DNA from: Giardia intestinalis
Lineage: Eukaryota
Assembly (NCBI GenBank): GCA_000002435.2
Contig: CM018791.1
Reading direction: 5' to 3' (one strand)
DNA: 64,000 nucleotides
The notes under the pieces were generated by a model. It searched no databases. It was not told where the DNA came from and saw nothing but the letters and a program-made list of their open reading frames with translations. Below, piece by piece: positions 32,601-41,900 of this stretch. The translations under genes and the position numbers were made by a program. Each line of letters starts with the position of its first letter. Position 1 is the stretch's first letter.

Positions 32601-32664
32601 CAGACACCTACGCAAGTTGCTAAAGGAGAAGAAGGAGACATCTATTACATCAGAGCTATACTGA
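29650..32664 (+). CDS. Membrane-anchored alkaline-phosphatase-superfamily enzyme of the sulfatase / LtaS / phosphoethanolamine-transferase fold, 1004 aa. The layout is an N-terminal multi-TM region, a large luminal/extracellular catalytic domain and a C-terminal TM anchor.
   Basis: About five hydrophobic helices in the first 200 aa. Catalytic-domain motifs are 'NVVILFWESLSLSPYFY' (the metal-binding Glu region of LtaS/EptA, NVxxIxLES), 'PTVSGWHSLMTG' (nucleophile region) and 'IVVIVGDHGTR' (the DHG metal-binding motif shared by LtaS, OpgB, EptA and PIG-N). The C-terminal 'LFGAILGVMAVIGAAVGGVLSSIAYCW' is followed by basic residues. An AGTAAAT poly(A) signal lies about 50 nt past the stop. Confidence 0.8.
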   Translation: MKRCIARRELLPGPFLIPIVVFPFIVLLSSLKFFGLNSSQKKILPLSAYFLLMILMSFVELGALSFAFALLHYAFCQKLPLPPIFVNLFLIVICLGLFAGTLYDLESARECQTIFTLSVLQTYVFHVAYPSWPLPDNYIVGRKTSTEGMKVLFESIRLHYKHWAIIFSIISALIVATIITLVMNWDTFVFSLFSRRTLVAQHKRIPARADLADKSLRVLNSISGFSVKAPPAIHQLTKSVLFYSEQAITSQSIEMQKAQTLSSVSGQHQSEASALGTRILDGVAVSERRKFPVKLYDNLFTSPEFLVAAVCTLFYIIILLVMIVRKSVLPTFLDRGAPMSYIFLKQMGPYQASLFSTEDTYTAMVQRIRSQYTLSPEECWLDQREPPVYPLLYASHDVCCAYNRAVEGVDCTALRSGPADLKQKIRSDPGLQSDPPNVVILFWESLSLSPYFYTDAFLQGQEQLLRSADGMLKATIVPNLQRFVQDGISFVNSASLGLPTVSGWHSLMTGLVPNFYGVNMITSAVTDVYGLPQFFSDAGYKNFYVNSGSFTFDGQDAWVTRPGWFTDVVYYYPTDEQAEELGVDPESVPQTQSWVADRITNRQFITTFSDVAEKDPTKPILGVYMNVDTHTPFTGFDKEEFYSDEVLDGMIASCQADPETPECRFLLDPYIVKYARVLKYSDKYFLGKTLEFLEAHHPNTIVVIVGDHGTRVSIDKKRLRKGVSDAWTYSEECLTAAFLDDNAFVTGAYLRYLGGPGKGTYNARVYDFFEKWRGTAYMGTTDNREAVHLAYLLAVDENRRTKVPSYRLTRNLADVLQNASLGRALSPWHSVSSVGLGVEYRTERTLYRTNSQDRSGALQYGDIKGLTCIDIIDKGSGQARKDQVRTSHTLRVVEDSDMYNQAIELVQFHNFLLTNGRIFHKSFSNTTCVGESYVAGTDEPRCSFPAPDGKRASQWLFGAILGVMAVIGAAVGGVLSSIAYCWRYRHLRKLLKEKKETSITSELY

Positions 32665-33165
32665 GAGCTGTGTCTTCCATAAGGCCAAGGGTTTGTGCAG
32701 ATCGGCTACAACTCCAGTAAATGGTGGGGATCTAATAATGCGTATATTGTGATAAGAAGTGTATTGCTCCTGGCCACTCCTTGTACAAGTAGTCTGTAAT
32801 GTTCCTTCAACTGTTCATGAAGCTTCTTCTTCTGTATATCCTTCAACCCTAGATATTATGCTTTGATCTTTCCACAAGATTAATGCTTGTGAACTTAGAC
32901 AGAAATAGTTGCCATCTTCTCTTCAGGTTCTCATCAGCCTCTCATGTGCGCCAAATCCACGCCCCAAACCGTAACAATCTGTGTCTCTGATTCCGGTGTC
33001 TGCCAAGAACTATTGCTAGGTCTCAGAAAGCGCTTGGTACTCAGATGACTCAATAGCTTTTATTGCGATGTAACTGCTCAACCTTTGGTCGAACTATGTC
33101 GTCTGTCGTCTGGTGCTGAAGACACCCAAACGACAACCACGACACATTCCAGATTGGTTTACAAA

Positions 33166-35469
33166 TTAAAAACCTAGAGCCTCTAGTACCATACGAAAAG
33201 CCTGTCTATCTTCCAGTAGACGTAAATGGGCCGTCCTTCCGATGATGTTGTTCAAGCCACTCCCATTTTCCTTCAGCTCTCCGGCGTCAAAACAGACGAT
33301 TGCCTGCTTAACGACTGAACTCTTTATATTCTTGGCCAAAAGGCTGCTGATCAGCACCTGATCTTCTGTTATTCCCATTCCAGTTGCACACCGAAAGGGC
33401 ACAAAACCGTCTCCACACGTACCAACAAAGTAAACCTGCTTGAAGCCGGGGAACTGAGTCGCTGCAGTGTAGATGATCCCATCGCTGGAGCAGTCCTTCA
33501 TCTCCTTGATAACGGGCATCTTTCCGGTAATGAACGGGACAGCCATACTCACAAGATTGCTCTTAAATGTTGTCCCTGTAATAGGTGCATTGATCGTCAG
33601 AAGAAATCCCAGCTTTTCTTGCTGATCTGGCGGTAGCATGGATGCAACCTTGAGACAGAGCAACCCGCCCAGGCTATGGCCTATAAAGTTTATGCTCTGC
33701 AGGGAGTCCAGTTTTACATTGCGAGATGAAAGCTTGGAGAAGATCTCATTGTATATTTTGCTAGCGTTCTCCTTTGAAGGTGCAGCAGAGCTGTCTGCAT
33801 AGCTCTCACAGAGGATATCAAGAGACTTTCCCTTTCTGAAAGTAGCCAGGCATTCGCTTATGGCCAGCATATCTAGATGCTGTGCTTGGAGCCCGTGTAG
33901 ATATATGTAAACGTTAATCTTATCTAAATCGGCGCTAAGAAGCTTGCGAGCACTCTTTACATTAGAAGATACGGCGTAGTACACATTGTTGGCAACTGGT
34001 GGCTCTAATGATGCAACAGTCAGCTTATCATCAGTGGGCGCCGACCCCTGAGTATATGAGCGTACGAAAACAATGGGTGCTTCAATGACATATTTTTCTG
34101 GACGCACATACGGGTAGAGCTTCCTGTTTTGCATTATGATGTCTAGAAGTTCTGACTTCGTTGGCATAGCAGAAGAAGTGGACACCGTAGGTTTGTATGG
34201 AATGTTCCCATATGAGGGGTTAACGGCCCCAGAACTAGCACTCACACTTGCCGACCTACTGCTTGCTCTGCTTGACTGTTCTGATCTGTCACTGTCCTCA
34301 ACCGCATCCTCAACGCGTGAAGTGATCATGGACGTCTGAGGACTATAGAGTGCCCTAATCGCCTTGCGATATTGGCAAGCCAGCTCTGTGTAGTAGGAGT
34401 CATTGTGGGCGTCGGGCGCTTGAAACATTGCCTTGAGATCCTGATGAGTCAGGTAGCCATAGAACTGCGCACGAAAGCTTGGGAGCATCTTAAGGTACAC
34501 AGATCGTGCTGCTTTGAGAACAAATGCTATGTTGAGGGGGGTTACCGCCACGTTGTCGATAGAAACTACTACAGAATTGAGGATCGGGTCCTTCTCAACC
34601 GTACAACCGCAGACATCATAGAGGATCGTCTTCAGAGAGTTGTATCGCTGACTGATGTCCGTGGACTCGACCCTGGACTTATTCAAGAACTTCTTGAGTT
34701 GTCTTTCTGAGCCACCCTTTCCTGTGTCACGTTTCTTTCCAGCATCATCCTCTTCCTCCTCGTCTTTCCCGGAAAGAACCCTCCGAGGATCCTCCAAGTT
34801 GTCTGAGAGATCTGTCGACTCTGAGACAACCCCATTCATGTCATAGATCATGAGCTTTGTCTTCTCTGACGTTAGGAAATTGCTCACAAAGCACTCTAGC
34901 TTGAAATTATCCGTCACGTTAAAAGTCTCAATGTGGTAGCCAGCAAATGGAACACAGAAATTATCCAGGTAGCATCTCCTCTTCATCACCGTGCTGAGCT
35001 TAGGATTTTCGAACAACGACTGGTCAAACGCTTTGATGTACTGGCTCTCATCGGCATTAATTATTTTTTCGACACTATCGAACTCCTTGGGAAATGGTAC
35101 GTAGTATAGCTTAAAGGATATGACAGCACATGAGATTTGTCTGTTCTTAGACCCGACGGTGAAGGTTAGGATTGTGTTGAAGTGTATTGTCTGGTTGCCT
35201 TCATGAATGTAAAAAGGCTCACTATGGTAACAATTTTGTTCTATACCAATAATCTGAGTCGTGACCTTGTAGCGGGTGAGGCAATCCTTGGTCTGCGTTG
35301 GAAGAAGAAAGGACTTTATGGAGGAGACGGCCACGTACTTGATTTTCCTGTGATCCTTTACAGAGACCTTGAGGACGTAATACCCTCGAGGAGCGTTGTA
35401 ACCGACAAACATCGATCCCACAACAACCTGCAGGCAGTATGCATTCAGCTCAGATTTCTCCTTCGACAT
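33166..35469 (-). CDS. Putative serine esterase/lipase of the DUF676 / alpha-beta-hydrolase type, with a long N-terminal non-catalytic region (767 aa from the first ATG)
   Basis: The nucleophile elbow is 'INFIGHSLGGLLCLKVA' (GHSLGG = GxSxG) in the C-terminal third, followed by 'TINAPITG'. The ORF-track start is a GTG; the true ATG is two codons in. Confidence 0.8.
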   Translation of the reverse strand: MSKEKSELNAYCLQVVVGSMFVGYNAPRGYYVLKVSVKDHRKIKYVAVSSIKSFLLPTQTKDCLTRYKVTTQIIGIEQNCYHSEPFYIHEGNQTIHFNTILTFTVGSKNRQISCAVISFKLYYVPFPKEFDSVEKIINADESQYIKAFDQSLFENPKLSTVMKRRCYLDNFCVPFAGYHIETFNVTDNFKLECFVSNFLTSEKTKLMIYDMNGVVSESTDLSDNLEDPRRVLSGKDEEEEDDAGKKRDTGKGGSERQLKKFLNKSRVESTDISQRYNSLKTILYDVCGCTVEKDPILNSVVVSIDNVAVTPLNIAFVLKAARSVYLKMLPSFRAQFYGYLTHQDLKAMFQAPDAHNDSYYTELACQYRKAIRALYSPQTSMITSRVEDAVEDSDRSEQSSRASSRSASVSASSGAVNPSYGNIPYKPTVSTSSAMPTKSELLDIIMQNRKLYPYVRPEKYVIEAPIVFVRSYTQGSAPTDDKLTVASLEPPVANNVYYAVSSNVKSARKLLSADLDKINVYIYLHGLQAQHLDMLAISECLATFRKGKSLDILCESYADSSAAPSKENASKIYNEIFSKLSSRNVKLDSLQSINFIGHSLGGLLCLKVASMLPPDQQEKLGFLLTINAPITGTTFKSNLVSMAVPFITGKMPVIKEMKDCSSDGIIYTAATQFPGFKQVYFVGTCGDGFVPFRCATGMGITEDQVLISSLLAKNIKSSVVKQAIVCFDAGELKENGSGLNNIIGRTAHLRLLEDRQAFRMVLEALGF

Positions 35470-35572
35470 GCACACTGGTCAAAACTCTTTTACAACCCGT
35501 GCAATTTTATTTAAATTTCCAGTTTTTTGCACTATCCAATGTGCTTGCACAAGTTAAAGTCCCTTGGAGGCC

Positions 35573-35944
35573 TTAGAGAACACGCCCTAAACCGGAAAAC
35601 GATTGCGGTTTCTGCAGGTGCGATGGAGCTTTGCCTGAAGAAGCGGCAACACCCTTAGCTCTGTTCCCATGGGATTGAAAGTCACCGGCTCCCTTTTTCC
35701 TACCCTCCTTACCCGCTTTTGCGAATCCATTTGCGGGTCTGCCTTGTAGATGCGATGGTCCTTCTTGTGCACATGCTCTTCCCTTGGTCCCGCCAACTGC
35801 GCCGGTTGCTGTTCCTGAAACTGTGTCTCCTGAAACAAGGGTCGTGATACCATCGACAGTACTTATCTGGGCTTCGGGCGCTTTTCGCCCGTGGAGTACT
35901 CGTTGGTAGGACCCACGATTCGATTTCTGAAGGACTGCAGACAT
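35573..35944 (-). CDS. Small basic Gly/Lys/Ala-rich hypothetical protein (123 aa)
   Basis: True ATG at 35942-35944, only about 20 nt downstream of the stop of the preceding 2291-aa gene. 'gtgaaataaaaag' immediately upstream serves both as an AGTGAAA poly(A)-like signal for the upstream gene and as an AT-rich initiator. This is the longest of three overlapping small ORFs. Confidence 0.4.
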   Translation of the reverse strand: MSAVLQKSNRGSYQRVLHGRKAPEAQISTVDGITTLVSGDTVSGTATGAVGGTKGRACAQEGPSHLQGRPANGFAKAGKEGRKKGAGDFQSHGNRAKGVAASSGKAPSHLQKPQSFSGLGRVL

Positions 35945-35964
35945 AAGGAAGGCTTTTTATTTCA

Positions 35965-38900
35965 CTATATGATGTACTCTGTGTTGACGCGCATACATTT
36001 GAGAGCAGCAATCTGTTGATCAGTAAAAACGCAACTTATCTGATCAAACTTCATATAGTACAGATTCCAGAACCACAGGAAGAAGCGCTTCACAGATTGC
36101 ACGACGGCCTCGTGCTTGCTCGCACCCAACTTGGAAAGAAATATGAGCGCATCAATTACGTGTACTGGTATGTGCTCATTCCAGGACTTTAGGAACGCAG
36201 AGATGCATTCAACAACAACCAATCTCTTACTAGGCTCCCCGCGCTGTTTGCCAGCAGCAATGAGATCTGCAAGAGCCTGCTTCTGGAAGGCTGACGACAT
36301 CCCACTCATAAGAACGGTAAAGAATTCACCCGTGGCGCTTACTAGTTCGTCATGCTGCACAGTGATCCCGTACTCTATTATGTACAACTTCATCACTGAA
36401 CGTGTAAGCACCTCTAGGGATGCCCCCAGGCTTCCTGCCTCATCGCTCGAGAGCATGTTCAGTGATCCTATCTTCAACAGTCGTGCAGCTAACTCATATA
36501 TGCAAATTATAGAGCGCCACCTTCCTGCGTACTTCTGCATTAGCCCCGGGAGTGTTTCGAAGAGTAGCCGTTGGATCAAGTCCATGGGAAGCTCTGCACT
36601 GACAATCAGAAGGATCATGGCCGACGCCTCTGCTCTCACCTCTGTTGAATCCTTGTGAGTTTGGAGATTTACCAGAGAGTCAAGGAAGTTATGGAGTATG
36701 AATTGCGAAAGCTGGATGCTCTTTCCATAAATGCTGGCGCAGGCTGTTCCCTGCACAATCGTTGAAATTAGATTTGTGTGCCTTTTTTCATCCTGTGCTG
36801 GGTCTACAGACCATGCTTCAACAGCCCTGTTGAACAGACTGCAATATCGCTGCAAGAGAGTGCTGGTTGAGTTCTCTTCTTCTTTTTCTGCTGTTGCTGT
36901 TGCTATTGCTGCTGCTGCGTTAGTCTTGGCCTTCAAAAGAACGTTCAGAGATACCCCGAGAACAGCTGTGGTGGCCTCGCGTAAAACTTTGAGCGCATTA
37001 TAGAGTTCGTTCTCCATCACAAACGTAACAACTTCCTTGGCAATCTGCTCCTGCAGATCCCGATTGACCCCATACGCAGCGTCCATGAAAAACCCCAAAA
37101 ACAAAAGAGCGCTGGCACGCACATTTGCACTTGTGCTGGCCTCAGCGAAAGCCTTTTTAATGTAAGAGATATACCTAGTGACTATAGAGTCTAACAGCCC
37201 CTTTGTATTATGGTCAAATAGCAGGGTTATAAGGACCTGCCATGTTTCTCCTGTCTGCACATCCTCCTTTTGAATTATCTGGCTGAGAATGCTCACAAAC
37301 AGTGTTGAGGCCTCCTCTATCCTGTGCTCTATGTTGTCCATGTACTTCAAAGACTTGATGGCTGCTCCTACAACTTCAGCCAGTATATGACCGCCGCACT
37401 TCTGAAGCTTTTCTGCTGGGGTCTCTACGAGATACCGCTCTATATATCTAAGCATGAACATGGCAAGGCTGTTTTGATCTCCAGCGATGGCACACAGATT
37501 GCTCCAGATTGTTAGGAAGATTGCGTCTAAATCCGTTACAGACATCTCCGATTCATCATCGTGTGACAGGTGTTCCTGACAGTTGAGAGTTGTGAACTTC
37601 ATTACCACATCAGCAAGCTTCTTTTGAGTATCTGGTTGTTGGAGATAGCTGCGCAGGTCTGAAAATGAAGCCAAGTGGAGCTCATACTTGGTGCGTGCGA
37701 AGGTTACAACTTCATCTCGATATTCGTAGAACCCTAGCATCGTGTCTGGGAACTTATAGCCACAATTGTTGTACGGCTTGTAGAAAATGGTCAGCTCGAC
37801 AATGTCGCTTAATAGCGGGTCCATCAGCATGACATTTCCAGCCAGGATGCAATCAAGAAGGCGGTCTACAAACTCGATGGCCGTTGGAAGTCCATACGTC
37901 ATTGCTAGAATGTGTGACTTAGCCGACACATACACGCTCCGCCATGCATCGCCGTGGATATCTGGGCTGGCGATCATATTCTTCTGTGCATGGGACAAGA
38001 GGTCAACATATGCATAGGCCTCCCTCTTTCTGCGGGAGCTGAGCAGGGCTGTGTCATCCGCCGAAAGGGGCAGTATTGTCTTGAGAGGGTCCGCGCTCAT
38101 GAGAGGACAAACCCTCGAGGGAAGCCTGACCTTGTATAGCTCAAGCACGCCTTGCTTACCGTGCGTGTCAGATTGATTCAGAATGGAAATGAGCCCCAGG
38201 CCTCCTAGACTCAGTTCCATAGCAGGGTGCGTAGGCTCCCAGTACATCATGTAGTTTGCCATTTCATTTGCATCGACATGGACTGTTTCATTCTTACACT
38301 CATATAAATGCTTGAACAGCCGGCTAAAGTCATCGAACCGACTGCTCTTCTTCATATAAAAAGTTAGCGACTGAGAGAGATGCAGAAAGTATCGCACCGT
38401 TCTAGCAGCGCGAAGATGTGTCATGTGTGTGCCCGAAGCGGGGAGCGAGGGAGTGGTGGCCTCTTCTCGTGTGTCCTCAAAGGTGTCTTCTTCCGGGTTG
38501 ATGGTTTGTTTCTCATCGTCAGTTAGCTGTGCGATCATATCAGCAGTGCTTGCCTTCAGTCCAGAGCTGGCCATTACTTCAGCTAACACCTTGTTCATAA
38601 GATCCTCTGTAATTTGAACACCCTCCTTGGCGAGGAGCTCCAGTCGTTCAGACACCTCCTCCATGATAATTTCTTGCATCTTTGAAATGTCGCTTTCATC
38701 GAAGTGGGCAGCTTCGGATCCGTTGTCTCCGTTAGAGGTACCGTCAGCAGCATCACTAGATGAGGACGATGGTAACAATTGATCTGCACGGACCTCCTCG
38801 TACTTAGTCAAGTACTTGCAGCACGGCTCTATCAATCTAGAATAAAATCTATAGCAGTCTCCTTCAATGTCCAAGACATTCATCAATCTTCCTAACACAT

Positions 38901-41900
38901 AAATGGCCACCTTTGAAACGCTTTCGTCATAGCTCACAGATAGAAGAAGGATATATTCCGCCATTTGTAAGTAGTACCTCAAAATATTTGGCGAATTATT
39001 GTAGCTGTCTGTCTCTCCAAAAGCGTGCCGGGCAAGGTGCAGACCCATTCCTCGTAGATTGCGTTCGTAAGTACAGTGGAAGTCTGGTACGAGCGCATAC
39101 AGTGAGGAGGAACAAAGTTTATCGGATATAGTTCGAGCCACAATCAGCGCTTTAGTTAAGTTGTATCCTGCCTTGTTTGTCACTGCTATCTCAATCGTCC
39201 GGGCTATGAGTTTGGCATATCGCGGCTCGACAAGAGAAGACTGGAAGAGCTTTCCCAAGTATTGAAGAAATCCCTCGTAAAATGTCTCCTGTACAAAATA
39301 TTCTGGGGCAGGAGGCCTTATTTTTACATGAGCTTGCTTCAAAGGTGGCTCCGTCAATGCAAAGCTAGTGGTAGCATGTAATACTTTGTGCTCATTTTTC
39401 CGTAGAAAATATCCGTAAATATCAATCAGGTCTATGGTATCTGTGTTGTCCAAGCAATTGATTGAAGAAGAGGAATTAGGACCGCGCAACGCCAGCTTGT
39501 CTTTCAAGACTTCCAGCAACGCGTTAGTGAGCTCTTCGGGGTAATCACTTGACAGAGGAAGGGGGAATGATCCAGCCTGATGCTGATGTGCAGCCTGATG
39601 TTCTAGCACTCCACGGGCTCCTGTTAGGGTGTGCATCCAGTTGCACAGCGAGCTCTCCCTTGACTCAGTAGGCCCATCTACGCCCATATACAGATAAATA
39701 CGTGGATCAGATGGCAATATCTTGTACTTACGCATCTGCTCGTGCCGTAGAGAAAACAGTGGCGCATCGGGGGAGATGCCAAACGACTCACAGTATTGTA
39801 TCATTTGCGGAATATGAGGGGTATGCAACAGATGCTTCTTCCGTACTGAAGTTGTGTCTGGATCCTTTGAGGGAGTGTAGAAGGACCTCGAAAGCAGTGC
39901 TAGCACCTTAAAGATCAACTTGTATGACCATAGGACGTTCTGTATATCTTCCTTCTGCTTAATTTTATCATCGAGTAGCTTGGTAAAGGGAAGCATGAGC
40001 GTCATCACCCAGCTGCGCCCCTCCAGGGTTGGTTGCGACCAGATAACTTGTGTCTGGGGATAGATTTTCAATCGGTGATATAGAATCCTGGCCTCCTTGT
40101 CCTCTGGTGTGCAGAGAGATAGGGGAAAGTGCCTATCAAATGGCTGGCCTATGGTCCAGTCCATAGGGTATGGTAGGGTCAGGGCTCTGCAGGACGCCCT
40201 TAACACTTTGAGGAGGTGTATATAGAGTGTCTGAGGATAGTCTACGCACTTGCCGGAAGAACGCTGCACAAGCTGCACCGTGTCATCCCGAGTCAGGAGA
40301 ACTTCAGGCTTATCCATCAGAGACAGCAGGAAAGAGCGGAGCTCACTTCCCCGTGAGTGCAAGTGCACACAATGGTCAAACCGGACCAGCCCCTGGAGTA
40401 GCACAAGCGTCCACTTCAGGGTGGAGAAGCCCTGGAAGTGGTTATCGAGAACGATTTTATATAGAGTATTTAACATACTATTTTTAGGGCTCGTCACTGG
40501 GGAAGAACCATCTGGGCGCATACCAGAAAGCAGTCCCATAGTAACGCCGCTAAAGACAGCCTGTATCTTCTTTTTTATCGACAGCAGCTCATTCTCCTTG
40601 ATAAATGCAAGAATGCGTGGAATGATAAGCCTATTTAGTAAGGTAGGAGACATATTCGCCAAGAGTGACGCAAAGGACAAGCGGAGAATGTGTGGATTGA
40701 TTGAGATTTTAGAGTTATCATATACATATGGTGGTTTGAAGCTGAGGTCAGCGCTTTGCTGATCCATCTCCTTCGACACTGGAGACATCTTAGATATCTC
40801 ATTGAGCTCTGCGAGCAAGGTGAACACCTTATCTAAATAGAGAGAAACAAGGTCAACAAGCTGGGGGTGTGCATCAGCAAGCTCTTGAGTAAATGGGATC
40901 GTTGAGAATAGGTGCAGAAACAATAGTAAGGAAATTTGACACAATTTGAGGTCAATTACTGATAAAAATCGACTATAAACTGAAAAAACGAACACCAGAA
41001 ACTCTGGAGTAAGCTGGTCCATGGTGTTTGGGCCACACACGTGGGCCCAGGGATCATCAATCAGGTGAGTAAGCGCAGAAGGAACCTTTGCACCTGAATC
41101 ATGGGCATGGCCATCAAAGCATTTCTCAATAAACGCTGGCATCGCATGTAGTGTCGTGTAGTACGCAAACTTGTAGCACGCTTGACGGTCCTCCAGTTGG
41201 TGCACAGTAGTGTTTATAAGCCACGCCAACCGGGGCAGCAGCACAGATGGATAAACCTTAAACAATGTCTCAGTGATAGAGATGCATATAGCGCGATTTG
41301 CATATTGGTAATTGGCCGGATTAAAGAGTATGTCACGGATTATATATACTTGGGGATAGAAAATGCCAAGATCAATGGTAAACAGAAAGGGAAGGAGGCC
41401 TTGATAGATAGGTTGCACCATTCGTATATAGCACTGCTGGGTAGTGTAATGAAAACTCAGGGTGTGAGCAAAAATGAAGATGAATTGTCTCGTTGGAACG
41501 GCCAACTTCTCATAACTTTGAGGAAGAGATCGAAAGTAATGCAGGAAAAAGTTGTAAAAAGGGTTCTTTCCGGCCGAAATATTATCCTTGATAAAGTTCT
41601 CAGAGGTGACCACCTGGTTCTCTGCATTGGAAGTCATGGCCAGAAAATTGTTCCAGCGCACACCGGCATATATCATATTAAATGTCAGGTCACTTGTCAT
41701 GGTGACCAGTCTATCCATCAGCATGGGAGACTTCACTAAAGTAAAGACCCACTCGGGGATGACGAGTTCGTCTCGGTACCCCTCCTTAGGCTCTGAAAAA
41801 AATATGAGGTCTGAAAGTGCCGAAGAGTCTACCTGATATCTAAATCCGGAGTAAACGCTTATGACTTTAAAGATTACGTGAATGTAGCGAGTGGTGGTAA

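Noticed and set aside
32880-32960. CTGATGAG on the minus strand, reminiscent of a hammerhead-ribozyme core
   Set aside because: No adjacent stem II/GAAA element or stem III/cleavage-site context. A single 8-mer match is expected by chance.
36116-36658. 180-aa plus-strand ORF inside the 2291-aa gene. The same applies to 40250-40762 and 41182-41739.
   Set aside because: These are antisense shadow ORFs within a continuous, strongly supported minus-strand gene.
36880-36940. (GCT/GTT)n trinucleotide tract
   Set aside because: It is in frame within the 2291-aa gene, where it encodes an Ala/Thr/Glu-rich linker. It is a coding low-complexity region and not an independent element. It is mentioned under that gene.
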